DNA of 64,000 nucleotides from Smithellaceae bacterium (GTDB lineage: Bacteria; Desulfobacterota; Syntrophia; Syntrophales; Smithellaceae), in the NCBI GenBank assembly GCA_963667845.2, contig CAXXVL010000002.1, positions 288,001 through 352,000 of the forward strand, in the 5' to 3' direction. Shown one piece after another: positions 48,560 to 58,988 of this stretch. How positions within the stretch are numbered: the stretch's first letter is position 1; each line of letters starts with the position of its first letter. The position numbers and the translations under genes were made by a program. The notes under the pieces were generated by a model. That model worked only from the letters and a program-made list of their open reading frames with translations. It was not told where the DNA came from and made no database searches.

Positions 48560-48947
48560 GGTTGATAGTCAGGATATGATCTCCTGCAAAGCCGCGGCAT
48601 AGCGGGCTTGGGCCTCTTTCTCCTGATCACCAGGAGAAACAGTGCTGAACTCGTTAGCAGATAACGCCCGATAATTCAAGAATGCATCCGGCGATCGGTA
48701 TTCTGTTGACAGGCCCAAGCGGCTGCTCCTCTATTCATCCGATGATAAAATGACCCTGATGAGAAGGGCGGGGGAAAGATTATGATTAAGGCAAGAAATC
48801 CTATTTTCTTATTGATTGCAATGGCGTGGACAGCCGGAGCGCAGTCGGCTCATGCAGCAGAAAATGAAGCCCAATAATTAATGAGAATCGATAAGTCATC
48901 ATAAAATCAAGTATACGGCTTTCTCATCCTGGGCCGGATCCACATGG

Positions 48948-49211
48948 TCAGGATTGGCGGTCTGGTTCTTTGATGTACCACTGGATTTGGCCGCATTTCG
49001 TACAGGCCAGGGTGGTTGCGGATTTGTTGGCCCAATCCAGTTCAAAGAAGGTCATCCCGGCCGTGTTGAGCTGAGCCTTTCCCTGGCTGAATTCATCTGA
49101 GCCGCAGTGCGGGCATTCGATCTTTTTACCGGCGGCGATATACTGCCCGGGGCCCGCGGAGTCAACCATCGCCTTTGCCGCGCTTTTCAGCGCTTTCCCG
49201 ATATTTGTCAT
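48948..49211 (-). CDS. Zinc-ribbon protein
   Basis: CPHC...LNTAGMTFFELDWAN...CTKCG. Confidence 0.82.
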   Translation of the reverse strand: MTNIGKALKSAAKAMVDSAGPGQYIAAGKKIECPHCGSDEFSQGKAQLNTAGMTFFELDWANKSATTLACTKCGQIQWYIKEPDRQS

Positions 49212-49282
49212 GAGTCGTCTCCTGCCGGAGAATCATTTACGGCTGAAGATACAACCTTTTCCGACGCCGTTATGTCAAACAG

Positions 49283-49315
49283 TGAAGGGGCGGGATTGTG
49301 CTGCCCGCCCCTTCA
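49283..49315 (-). terminator. Hairpin after FKBP gene
   Basis: TGAAGGGGCGGG/CCCGCCCCTTCA 12-bp stem. Confidence 0.7.
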
Positions 49316-49348
49316 TGAAATAATTTTAATGACGACGTTCGTTTAAAG

Positions 49349-50089
49349 CTACTTCTTCACGCCCGGCTTGGGTGAGGCAGCCGGAGGCGCGGGAGGCATT
49401 GCAGGCATGGCCGGCGCCGCAGAAGGCGCTTTTGTCTCCAGCAGTTCCACATCAAAAACCAGCGTTGCACCGCCGGGAATAACAGGCGGACGGCCTCTGT
49501 CGCCGTATGCTGTCTCGGGCGGACAAACCAGTTTGGCCTTCCCGCCGACTTTCATCATGCTGACACCTTCCGTCCAGCAGGGGAAAACCTGATTCAACGG
49601 CAATTCCACGGGCTGGCCGCGTTTAACGGAACTATCAAATTCCTTGCCGTCGATGAGCGTACCCACATAGTGGACCTTAACGACATCCGTGGGTTTGGGC
49701 TGTGCGCCCGTACCGGCTTTGATCTCCTGATAGATCATTCCCGAAGCCATCTTTTTTGCGCCTTTTTCAGCGGCTGCTTTTTCTAAAAACGGTTTGGCCA
49801 GTGCTTTTTGTTTTTCGGTAGCTTTCGCCATGCGCGCCTGAGCCAGTTCGCCCAGTTTCTGCATGCTGGTTTCCGGCTCCGCCGCCAGCTTCTTGCCGGC
49901 AGCGGCGTCGGCCATGCCCAGTTGCACAAGCTTCATTTCTTCAGGCGTCAGGTCGAAAACAGACAGTTGTTTATTGAGATGAACCCCCAGTGCATAAAAA
50001 GCCTTCTGGTCTTCTGTTTTAGGCGCCTCCGGTGAACAGCCCCAAACAGCGATAAGGGCGATCATAACGATGAGCATTACTTTACGCAT
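49349..50089 (-). CDS. FKBP-type peptidyl-prolyl isomerase (FkpA/Mip-like), lipoprotein
   Basis: VWGC lipobox, VKVHYVGTLIDGKEFDSS, WTEG, AYG, TLVFDVELL. Confidence 0.95.
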   Translation of the reverse strand: MRKVMLIVMIALIAVWGCSPEAPKTEDQKAFYALGVHLNKQLSVFDLTPEEMKLVQLGMADAAAGKKLAAEPETSMQKLGELAQARMAKATEKQKALAKPFLEKAAAEKGAKKMASGMIYQEIKAGTGAQPKPTDVVKVHYVGTLIDGKEFDSSVKRGQPVELPLNQVFPCWTEGVSMMKVGGKAKLVCPPETAYGDRGRPPVIPGGATLVFDVELLETKAPSAAPAMPAMPPAPPAASPKPGVKK

Positions 50090-50210
50090 AAAAATCCTTT
50101 CTACTTCATTAAATTTTGACAATGATACTTACACGAATATCCGGTGAGATTCAAATGATTATTAGCAGACTTTTTGCCTGTTTTTGTTCAGATAACGGGT
50201 GGAGCAATCC

Positions 50211-50239
50211 GCAAGGGGCGGCTCTGAGCCGCCCCTTGC
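50211..50239 (-). terminator. Hairpin after FKBP gene
   Basis: GCAAGGGGCGGCTC-T-GAGCCGCCCCTTGC. Confidence 0.7.
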
Positions 50240-50266
50240 CTGATTTCAACGTATCATTATTCTTGA

Positions 50267-51001
50267 TTATTTTTTTGAGCTTTTCTTGGATGCCGGCGCT
50301 TTAGGAGCAGGCGCGGGTGCAGGCGCAGCAGGAGCGGCAGTCGGCTTCACCTCCAGCAGTTCCACATCAAAAACCAGCGTTGCGCCGCCGGGAATAATCG
50401 TTGGTCTGCCCTTGTCACCATAGGCGCTATCTGACGGACAGGTCAGCTTTGCTTTACCGCCGACTTTCATCAAGGCCACACCTTCCGTCCAGCAGGGAAT
50501 CACCTGATTAAGCGGAAACTCGGCCGGCTGACCGCGCTGTACGGAACTGTCGAACACCTTGCCGTCAATGAGCGATCCGGTGTAATGAACCTTGACGGTG
50601 TCGGTGGCTTTGGGCTGAGCGCCGCTACCGGCTTTAACCTCCTGATAAATGACGCCAGACGGCAATTTCTTGGCGCCTTTTTCCGAGGCGGCTTTCTCCA
50701 AGTAAGGTTTAGACTGTTCCTTTTCCTTCTGAGCCCCGACCTCGATTCGGGCCTGCGCCAGGCGATTGATATTGGGCATATAGGTATCGGGATCGGCGAG
50801 AAGCTTCTTGCCGGCAGCAGCATCATCCATGCCCTGTTTTACGATTGCGAATTCATCCGCCGTCAGATTGAAAACTGCCAGTTGTCTGTTCAGGTGAGCC
50901 CCTATTGCATAAAGGGTTTTCTGGTCTTCTGTTTGAATTTCAACGGCCCATGCAGGCAAAGCCAGGAGCAGAACAAAAATAATCAGCACTAATTTACGCA
51001 T
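50267..51001 (-). CDS. FKBP-type peptidyl-prolyl isomerase (FkpA/Mip-like)
   Basis: Signal peptide ending AWA, VKVHYTGSLIDGKVFDSS, TLVFDVELL. Confidence 0.95.
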   Translation of the reverse strand: MRKLVLIIFVLLLALPAWAVEIQTEDQKTLYAIGAHLNRQLAVFNLTADEFAIVKQGMDDAAAGKKLLADPDTYMPNINRLAQARIEVGAQKEKEQSKPYLEKAASEKGAKKLPSGVIYQEVKAGSGAQPKATDTVKVHYTGSLIDGKVFDSSVQRGQPAEFPLNQVIPCWTEGVALMKVGGKAKLTCPSDSAYGDKGRPTIIPGGATLVFDVELLEVKPTAAPAAPAPAPAPKAPASKKSSKK

Positions 51002-51056
51002 AACCATCCTTTCTTGTTTCATGAAATTTTAGTGATCGTTGCGGCGAACAATGAGC

Positions 51057-52298
51057 TTATCTGAAGCGGGGACATTCCGTCCTGGCAAATGTTTCATCAA
51101 TGAGCTGCACCGTAACTTCATCCCCTTTTCTGATGAAAGTGTCTTTTTCACCCAGAACGATGAAGCCGTTGGCCGCGACCATCGATTTCAGGATACCCGA
51201 CCCTTGTTCGCCTGTTACGGAAGCAATATAAGCATTTCCTTTTTCATAGACAAGAGCCCGGATGAAATTTTTAAATCCGATGCTTTTCTTGATATCCTGT
51301 GCGCTGTGAGCCGTCAGAGTCGGACGGAAGATTCGGTTATGCCCCTGCATTCTCAACAGACAAGGACGAACGAACTGCTCAAAAGATACCATGACGGAAA
51401 CCGGATTACCCGGCAGGCCGAAAAGCGGCACGCCGTCGATGGAACCGTAGGCCAGGGGTTTGCCGGGACGCATGGCCACTTGCCAGAAATGCATGGCATT
51501 GCCGATATCGCCCATAACGTCCTTGACGAAATCATAGTCGCCGACCGAAACGCCGCCGGATGAAAGAATAACATCGGCACGGCGCGCAATCCGAAACTTC
51601 TGGGCAAGCTCCGCTTTTTGGTCGCGGCCGATCCCCAGCATGACGGGAATGCCGCCGCATTCCAGAACCTGCGCGGCCAGTGAATAACTGTTGGAATTGA
51701 CGATTTTACCGGGCGGAGGATCGGTCTCAATATCAACCAGTTCATCGCCGGTGGACAGAATGGCGACGCGCGGTTTCTGATAAACGCTGACGAACGCTTT
51801 CCCCAGTGCGGATAACATGCCGATATGCCCCGGGCGCAAAACACTTCCCGCCGAAATGACCTGTTCCCCTTTTTGGACGTCTTCCCCGGGAAAGCGAATG
51901 TCCAGGCCCCGGGGCGCAGCTATCTTAATCTTCACGGTTTTGCCCGCTTCTTCGGTGTCTTCCCGCCGGACAACGGCATCCGCCCCTTTGGGGATGACGG
52001 CTCCGGTCATGATGCGCGCCGCCTGACCTGCTTTAACGGTTTTCTTTGCCAGAGTCCCTGCGGCAATCGTTTCGATCACTTTGAGTTCCACAGGTTTTAG
52101 GGCATGGGCACCCTTCGTGTCGGAGGACCGTACGGCATAACCGTCCATCGCCGAGTTTGCCGCGGAAGGAATATCGCGCAAGGCGGATACATCCTCGCCG
52201 ATCACCCGGCCGCAGGCTTCAAGAATATCGGCTTTTTCCAGTCCCAGCTCCCGGCAGCCGGAAAGAATAGTTTTGAGTGCCTCTTCCACAGAAATCAT
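51057..52298 (-). CDS. moeA: Molybdopterin molybdenumtransferase
   Basis: SAMDGYAV, IMTGA, LSTGDEL, SGGVSVGDYD, MRPGKP, LPGNPVS. Confidence 0.95.
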   Translation of the reverse strand: MISVEEALKTILSGCRELGLEKADILEACGRVIGEDVSALRDIPSAANSAMDGYAVRSSDTKGAHALKPVELKVIETIAAGTLAKKTVKAGQAARIMTGAVIPKGADAVVRREDTEEAGKTVKIKIAAPRGLDIRFPGEDVQKGEQVISAGSVLRPGHIGMLSALGKAFVSVYQKPRVAILSTGDELVDIETDPPPGKIVNSNSYSLAAQVLECGGIPVMLGIGRDQKAELAQKFRIARRADVILSSGGVSVGDYDFVKDVMGDIGNAMHFWQVAMRPGKPLAYGSIDGVPLFGLPGNPVSVMVSFEQFVRPCLLRMQGHNRIFRPTLTAHSAQDIKKSIGFKNFIRALVYEKGNAYIASVTGEQGSGILKSMVAANGFIVLGEKDTFIRKGDEVTVQLIDETFARTECPRFR

Positions 52299-52455
52299 AG
52301 TGTTATCTCCCATTATGCTTGGTTGGGTCACCTTATCAAACCGAGAGCGCTTGTCAATCGTTAAATCGTGATTATGCTATCTCACCTTGGTCCCCCTTGA
52401 ACTAAATCGCCATTTGCGCTAGGGAGAGAGAAGATTTAAGTGAAGGAAATGATTT

Positions 52456-53361
52456 GTGACGGAACAACAGAATAAAATTCGCAGGATGCTCGCCGAAAAG
52501 CGCGGCATTTTGCTGGTCCATTATTATGCCCGGCCCGAGATTCAGGAAATAGCCGATGTGCTGGGCGATTCGCTCGCGCTGGCGCAGGCGGCGGCGCGCT
52601 CCGACGCCCGCCTGATCGTCTTCGCGGGGGTGCACTTTATGGCGCAGAGTGCGGCCATGCTCTCACCTCAAAAAACCGTCCTGTTGCCGCGCCTGGACGC
52701 GGGCTGCCCCCTGGCGGACATGGCCACGGCTCTGTCCGTAAAAGAAATGAGGCTGAGCGAACCGGATGCCGTGTTTGTAACCTACATCAATTCCACTGCC
52801 GAAGTGAAAGCCGCAAGCGATATCTGCTGCACGTCGTCCAATGCGCTCAAGATTATCCAATCGATTCCTCCCGGGAGGAAAGTGGTCATGCTGCCCGACG
52901 GCAATCTGGCACGCCACATCGCATCGGTTACCGGCCGGGACATCATCGCCTGGGAAGGCTGCTGCCCTGTTCACCAGGCGCTCACCGCAGAAGACGTCGC
53001 GGCGCGCAAACGTGAATATCCGCAGGCGCCTTTTGCCGCACACCCGGAATGCCGTCCGGACGTTCTCGGACTTGCCGATTTTGTCGGCTCCACGGCAGCC
53101 ATTCTCCAGTTTGCCCGCGGCTCCGGGGCAAAGGAAATAATCATCGGCACGGAAACAGGAATTCTTGCCGAACTTCGAAAGCATAATCCCGAAAAGATCT
53201 TCATTCCCGCATCTTCCGCTCTTTTCTGCCCCGACATGAAGAAAATCACCCTCGATGATATCGAGCAATCGCTCATCACGATGCAGCCGGTCATCACGGT
53301 CCCCCGGGATATCAGCGCCGCCGCCGGAAGGACGCTGGATAAAATGCTGGCGATTTCTTAG
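52456..53361 (+). CDS. nadA: Quinolinate synthase A
   Basis: LVHYY, GDSL, GVHFMA, AGCPLA, YINS, CPVH, AHPEC, CPDMK. Confidence 0.95.
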   Translation: MTEQQNKIRRMLAEKRGILLVHYYARPEIQEIADVLGDSLALAQAAARSDARLIVFAGVHFMAQSAAMLSPQKTVLLPRLDAGCPLADMATALSVKEMRLSEPDAVFVTYINSTAEVKAASDICCTSSNALKIIQSIPPGRKVVMLPDGNLARHIASVTGRDIIAWEGCCPVHQALTAEDVAARKREYPQAPFAAHPECRPDVLGLADFVGSTAAILQFARGSGAKEIIIGTETGILAELRKHNPEKIFIPASSALFCPDMKKITLDDIEQSLITMQPVITVPRDISAAAGRTLDKMLAIS

Positions 53362-53393
53362 GCGGCGATTTGCAATTGTTTGGATGACGTTCA

Positions 53394-56300
53394 TTGAGAA
53401 AAATCATCGATAAAAAAAATATTGGGGATGCCCAGCCCATCCGGAACCTTCTGGACCTGATAGGCAAAGCCGAGCCCGCAGTTGACGTTCGCGGGTTGAC
53501 CGGCGCGGCGCGTCCGCTCATCGCTGCGCTTCTGTTTGACCGTCTGGCCGGGCCCGTCACCGTGCTCTGCCCGACACCCCGGGAAGCCACCGCGTTTGCG
53601 CGCGATCTGGGCCTTTTTCTGGGGAAGGAGGCCGTACTGCATTACCCGCCCCTGGACTTCCTCTCCATTGATATGTTTGCGCTCCAGAGGGAGGAAGAGC
53701 TGGCGCGTCTCAATGTTCTGACGCAATTGCAGGTCGACAGCCGCAAGGTGATCGTCACCTGTCTTGCGGCGTGTCTGCAAAAAGTCATGCCGCTTGCCGA
53801 ATTCCGGCAGTATCTGAAGATTCTTTCGACGGGCGATACACTGCTTATGGAAGAATTTCCGGCGAAACTTCAGGCGGGTGGCTATCAGCGGGTATCGCTG
53901 GTGGAAAACACGGGTGAGTTTAGCCTGCGCGGAAATATTCTCGATATTTTTCCGCCCACGGAATCCGAACCGTTGCGTCTGGAAATGGCCGGTGATGAAA
54001 TAGAATCCATTCGCCATTTTGATTCGACTTCCCAGCGATCCGGTGCGCCCGTCAGCGCGTTCGTCCTCGGGCCGGCCGGTGAAATCCTGATCGACGAAAT
54101 GAGACTTAACCGGGCCGTGCGCAACGTCAAGCACCGCGCCGATGACCTGGACCTGCCGCGCGATCTGCGCAACAGACTTTCGGAAACGCTCCGGCAACAA
54201 TCCGCAACCTCCGTCAACCCGATCTTTCTGCCTCTGTTTTATGAAGACTACGATGACCAGGGCAGCCTGGGCGAACGAAGACTCTCCAGCGTCTTCGATT
54301 ACCTGCCGCCAAATACGCTGTTTATCCTCGACGATCCTCTGGCCATAGACCAGGCCGCACAGAGTTCGGCCGCCAGCATCGACAAGCTGCTTTACAAGGC
54401 GAAATCAGCCGGCAAGTTTTATCTGGAAAACGCCGGCGTCTACGTCACCGACGAGGCGCTCCGCGCCCGTCTGGCCGGATTCCGGCAGGTTCTTTTCTCG
54501 GGACTGACACTGGACGGCCAGGCCGGCGAAACGCCTTCAGTGGCGCTGGTCTCCCATCCGGACGCCCCCGTCGCCGAGCCGCTGTCCGGTGAAGTCAAAG
54601 AGGAGGCGCTCCTGCGCCACACCGCGGATAAGATCAAGACCTGGCTCGCCTCGGGCACGACGGTGTTCTTCATCTCTCCGACACCGGAAGATACCGTTCG
54701 CCTGAAGCATCTGCTGACGGGATACCAGCTGCCCATACAGCTTCTGCCGGCAGACAGTCATCTTCTGGATGTCATCGATCAACGAAGCGAAATCCCCGCT
54801 CTGTTTTTACGGGAAGGAAAAATATCCGGCAGTTTTGTTCTCGAAACACTCGGGCTGGCAATCTTGAGCGAAGAAGAAATCTTCGTCAAAAAAACGTCCC
54901 GCCGCCGTCGCCCGCCAACCCGCGAAGGGTATTTTCTGAAATCGTTCGGCGACCTTAAAGAAGGCGATTTTGTCGTCCACACGGATTTCGGCATCGGCAT
55001 CTACCGGGGCCTCAAGAAAATTACCGTGGGCATTATTGAAAATGACTTTCTGGTGATTGAATATCAGGACGGCGACAAACTGTATCTGCCGGTAAACGCG
55101 CTGGAAAAAATTCAGCGCTATCTGGGGCCGGACGGCTATACGCCGAAAATTGAAAAGATGGGCGGAACGTCCTGGGACGCGGTCAAGGAAAGGGTCAAAA
55201 AATCCGTCCGCGATGTGGCCGAAGAGTTGGTGGCGATTTATGCCGCCCGCGAGGCCATGGAGCGGAAATCCTATGCCCCACCGGACCGCGTTTACGAGGA
55301 ATTCTGTTCGATCTTCGAATTTGAAGAAACCCCTGATCAGGCAAAGGCCATCGAAGACATCCATGCCGACATGGATGAGGCCAAGCCGATGGACAGGTTG
55401 ATCTGCGGCGATGCGGGATTCGGCAAGACGGAAGTCGCACTCCGGGCGGCCTTCCGCGCGGTCATGGACGGCAGGCAGGCTGCGCTGCTGGCGCCGACGA
55501 CGATTCTGGCCGAACAGCACTACGCGACGTTTATGAGGCGTCTGGCGGATTTTCCGGTCCGAGTGGAAGTTCTGAACCGGTTTCGCAGTTCCGTTGAAAT
55601 CAAGAGAACGCTCACGGATCTTCGTCTGGGAAAAGTGGATATTGTCATCGGCACGCATCGCCTCCTGCAAAAGGACGTGGAATTCAAGGACCTGGGCCTG
55701 GTGATCATCGATGAAGAGCAGCGTTTCGGCGTTGCCCATAAGGAGAAGCTGAAGAAGATGCGGACGCTGGTCGACGTGCTGACGCTCTCGGCCACGCCGA
55801 TTCCCCGAACCCTGCATCTGTCTCTGGTCGGCATCCGCGATTTATCCATCATCAATACGCCGCCGGAAGAGAGACAGCCGATTAAGACGTACGTTCTGGA
55901 ATTTGATGAAGATACCATCAAGGCTGCGGTGGAGGCGGAAATCAATCGGGGCGGCCAGGTGTTTTTTGTCCATGACCGGGTGCGCTCTATCTACTCCATC
56001 GCCCACCTGGTGCAAAGGCTTGTTCCTCAGGCCCGCGTCGGCGTAGTGCACGGCCAGATGAAACCGGCAGAGATCGAAAAAGCCATGTCCCTTTTTATCC
56101 GGCGTGAATTCGACGTGCTCGTCTGCACAACGATTATCGGGTCGGGGCTGGATATCCCCTCCGCCAATACCATTCTCATCAACCGCGCCGATCGCTTCGG
56201 TCTGTCCCAGCTTTACCAGATCCGCGGCCGCGTGGGCCGCGGCAAAGAAGAGGCCAGCGCTTACCTCCTGCTGCCCCAGGGCGCACTCCTGTCACGCGAT

Positions 56301-56948
56301 GCCATGAAGCGGCTGCAGGCGATCAAGGAATTTTCCGAACCCGGTTCCGGTTTCCGCATCGCCTACAACGACCTGGAAATCCGCGGAGGCGGCAATCTTT
56401 TGGGCCTGTCGCAGGCGGGCCATATCTCCGCAGTCGGTTACGAACTCTATACCGAACTGATGGAAAAGACGGTGCGGGAAATCCAAGGGGATACAACTCC
56501 TGTCGAAGAGGTGCTTCCGGAAATTTCCATGGGAATTTCCGCTTTTCTGCCGGAAGATTACGTGGAGGATATTCACCAGCGGCTGATTCTCTATAAGCGG
56601 ATATCGCATGCGGCGAGCGCCTTCGACCTGTCCGAAATTCGCAGCGAGCTTGCCGACTGTTACGGCCCTCTGCCGCAGACGGCGGAAAACCTTCTGCGGG
56701 TTATCGGCATCCGCAACCGTTTAAAACCGCTCGCAGCCAAAAAAATGGGATATGACGGGAAATACTTCTATTTATATCTGCGCGAGTCATCCCCGATTGA
56801 TCCGGCAAAGATCATCGCCCTGACGCGGAAAAAGATCAGAGATCTGCGATTTACGCCCGACTTCAAACTCTTTTTGCCTGCGGCGGGCTTAAACCCTCCG
56901 GAAATCCTGGAACAGGCCGAGGGCCTTTTAAAGATGCTTGCCCAATAA
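53394..56948 (+). CDS. mfd: Transcription-repair coupling factor
   Basis: GDAGFGKTE, IIDEEQRFG, SATPIPRT, QIRGRVGR, DLEIRGGG. Confidence 0.97.
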   Translation: MRKIIDKKNIGDAQPIRNLLDLIGKAEPAVDVRGLTGAARPLIAALLFDRLAGPVTVLCPTPREATAFARDLGLFLGKEAVLHYPPLDFLSIDMFALQREEELARLNVLTQLQVDSRKVIVTCLAACLQKVMPLAEFRQYLKILSTGDTLLMEEFPAKLQAGGYQRVSLVENTGEFSLRGNILDIFPPTESEPLRLEMAGDEIESIRHFDSTSQRSGAPVSAFVLGPAGEILIDEMRLNRAVRNVKHRADDLDLPRDLRNRLSETLRQQSATSVNPIFLPLFYEDYDDQGSLGERRLSSVFDYLPPNTLFILDDPLAIDQAAQSSAASIDKLLYKAKSAGKFYLENAGVYVTDEALRARLAGFRQVLFSGLTLDGQAGETPSVALVSHPDAPVAEPLSGEVKEEALLRHTADKIKTWLASGTTVFFISPTPEDTVRLKHLLTGYQLPIQLLPADSHLLDVIDQRSEIPALFLREGKISGSFVLETLGLAILSEEEIFVKKTSRRRRPPTREGYFLKSFGDLKEGDFVVHTDFGIGIYRGLKKITVGIIENDFLVIEYQDGDKLYLPVNALEKIQRYLGPDGYTPKIEKMGGTSWDAVKERVKKSVRDVAEELVAIYAAREAMERKSYAPPDRVYEEFCSIFEFEETPDQAKAIEDIHADMDEAKPMDRLICGDAGFGKTEVALRAAFRAVMDGRQAALLAPTTILAEQHYATFMRRLADFPVRVEVLNRFRSSVEIKRTLTDLRLGKVDIVIGTHRLLQKDVEFKDLGLVIIDEEQRFGVAHKEKLKKMRTLVDVLTLSATPIPRTLHLSLVGIRDLSIINTPPEERQPIKTYVLEFDEDTIKAAVEAEINRGGQVFFVHDRVRSIYSIAHLVQRLVPQARVGVVHGQMKPAEIEKAMSLFIRREFDVLVCTTIIGSGLDIPSANTILINRADRFGLSQLYQIRGRVGRGKEEASAYLLLPQGALLSRDAMKRLQAIKEFSEPGSGFRIAYNDLEIRGGGNLLGLSQAGHISAVGYELYTELMEKTVREIQGDTTPVEEVLPEISMGISAFLPEDYVEDIHQRLILYKRISHAASAFDLSEIRSELADCYGPLPQTAENLLRVIGIRNRLKPLAAKKMGYDGKYFYLYLRESSPIDPAKIIALTRKKIRDLRFTPDFKLFLPAAGLNPPEILEQAEGLLKMLAQ

Positions 56949-56980
56949 TCATTATCAAGATATAGAGTATTGTGAAAAAC

Positions 56981-57964
56981 ATGCAGCTGCAAATTATAGA
57001 AATCGTTATCCGTTCCTACAGACTTCCGTCGACACTCGTCCTTCTCGCCGCGTTCTGCTGTCTTACCGCATGCAGCGGGAACGATTTCCTCAGCAGAAAA
57101 TATGTCGCCACCGTCAACGGCGAAAAGATTTATCAGGATGAATTTGAGCAGCGGTTAAATGCGCAAAAGGGGCTCATTTCGCCCAAGAGTCTGCCGGATT
57201 CTTTAAGCAAACGCGATATGCTGGATGAGGAAGTCCTGGAATCCATGATCACGGAAAAAATCGTCCTCCAGAGAGCGCGGGAGCTGAACCTCTCCGTCAG
57301 CAACACGGAACTGGACAAGAAAATCTTCGACATCCGGAAAGATTACGGCGAGCACTTTTTTGATTTGCTCACCTCGCAAAATGTGCGATATGACGACTGG
57401 CGTGAAGAACTCAGAAAAGAAATGCTTTTCGACAAACTTGTGGCCATAGACGTCAATGCGCCGGTCCGTGTTTCGGAAGATGAAGCGGAAGATTATTTTA
57501 ACGAACGCCCCGACGTTTGCAAGACTGAGGCGCGTGTCCGTGCTGCGCAAATTGTCGTTCGGGACGTGGACAAGGCGAGGGCGGTCCTGGCGCGGCTGGA
57601 AAACGGAGAGGATTTTGCCAAAGTTGCGGCCCAGATCTCGATCGGACCGGAAGCCGTCCGCGGAGGCGACCTGGGCTTGATTTACCGGCAGACCATGCCG
57701 GAGCCCCTGGACAAGACTCTTTTTAGTTTACCGGTCGGCAAAATCAGCCCGATTGTCAAAAGTCCATACGGGTATCATATTTTCAAGGTGGCGGAAATAA
57801 AGCCCGCCAAAGCGCGGTCCTATGCCGATTGCCGGGAAGATGTGATGACCGCCATCCGGGCCAAAAAACAGGATGCGGCTTTCGCCGTCTGGATGGAAGG
57901 ATTGAAGATGAAAGCCGTCGTTAAAAAGGAACCGCTGGCCTCGGTCAGACGTCGTCATAATTAA
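56981..57964 (+). CDS. Parvulin-type peptidyl-prolyl isomerase lipoprotein (SurA/PrsA-like)
   Basis: LTAC lipobox, VATVNG, GGDLG, SPYGYHIFKV. Confidence 0.9.
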   Translation: MQLQIIEIVIRSYRLPSTLVLLAAFCCLTACSGNDFLSRKYVATVNGEKIYQDEFEQRLNAQKGLISPKSLPDSLSKRDMLDEEVLESMITEKIVLQRARELNLSVSNTELDKKIFDIRKDYGEHFFDLLTSQNVRYDDWREELRKEMLFDKLVAIDVNAPVRVSEDEAEDYFNERPDVCKTEARVRAAQIVVRDVDKARAVLARLENGEDFAKVAAQISIGPEAVRGGDLGLIYRQTMPEPLDKTLFSLPVGKISPIVKSPYGYHIFKVAEIKPAKARSYADCREDVMTAIRAKKQDAAFAVWMEGLKMKAVVKKEPLASVRRRHN

Positions 57965-57989
57965 TTTCAACCGAAAAGGGGGAAACACC

Positions 57990-58970
57990 GTGAGCGTTAT
58001 TAAACTTTGTTTCACATCCATCCTGGCCATGCTGATGGTGGGGGGTGCGGCTGTCGCAGCCGATGTGGCGGATAGAATCGTCGCCGTAGTCAATGACGAC
58101 GTAGTCACTCTGGCGGAGCTCAACCGCGCGTTCGAACCTTACGCCAAGAATATCGAGGCCAACTATAAAGGCAGTGACAAGGATACGGTTCTCAAGCAGA
58201 ATAAAGCAGCTTTACTGCAGCGTCTGATTGATCAGATGCTGATCGAACATGAGGCGAAGAAAGCGGGAACGGGTATTGCGGCGATCAAAGACGACGAAGT
58301 CATGGACGTGCTGAACGATATGCTGGCCAAGAATAAAATCACGATGGCTGACTATCAAAAGAGACTCGCCGATGAAGGCAATACCCTGGAAAATGTCAAG
58401 AAAGAAATCAAAGGGCAGATGCTGCGCATGAGACTCCTGCGGAGGGAAGTTCAGTCCAGAATTCTGATCACCGACCAGGAAATTGGAGAATTCTACGACA
58501 AGCACCGCCAGGATTACGAAGGTAAGGAAGCGGTCCGCATCAAGCAGATTCTTTTGCCGGTCCGTGCGGACGCGGACAAGAAGGAGCGCGATAGAATAAG
58601 AAATCAAGCGTTGCAGTTGCGTGAGCGCATTCTGAAAGGCGAACCGTTTGAGCAGCTGGCGGCGCAATATTCCAAAGGACCGGCGGCGGCTCAGGGCGGA
58701 GACATCGGTTTTGTCGAACGGGGCGTCATTCTGCCGGAAGTGGAAAAGGCGGCTTTCGGCCTGTCTGTTGGACAGTTGAGCGAATTCATAGAAACAGAGA
58801 TGGGATTTCACCTGATCACCGTCGTCGATAAACGGGGGGCAGGGCTGAAGCCTCTTGCCGTCGTGCGTAATGAAATCAAGGCGAAAATCGAAGATGAAAA
58901 GATTGCCAAAAAATATGATGAATGGATAGACGGGATCCGCAAAAGATCCTTCATTGATGTCCGGTTATAA
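57990..58970 (+). CDS. surA: SurA-like chaperone / peptidyl-prolyl isomerase
   Basis: DRIVAVVNDDVVT, FEQLAAQYS, GGDIG, GFHLI. Confidence 0.88.
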   Translation: MSVIKLCFTSILAMLMVGGAAVAADVADRIVAVVNDDVVTLAELNRAFEPYAKNIEANYKGSDKDTVLKQNKAALLQRLIDQMLIEHEAKKAGTGIAAIKDDEVMDVLNDMLAKNKITMADYQKRLADEGNTLENVKKEIKGQMLRMRLLRREVQSRILITDQEIGEFYDKHRQDYEGKEAVRIKQILLPVRADADKKERDRIRNQALQLRERILKGEPFEQLAAQYSKGPAAAQGGDIGFVERGVILPEVEKAAFGLSVGQLSEFIETEMGFHLITVVDKRGAGLKPLAVVRNEIKAKIEDEKIAKKYDEWIDGIRKRSFIDVRL

Positions 58971-58988
58971 GAAGAAGTAAACTACGTT

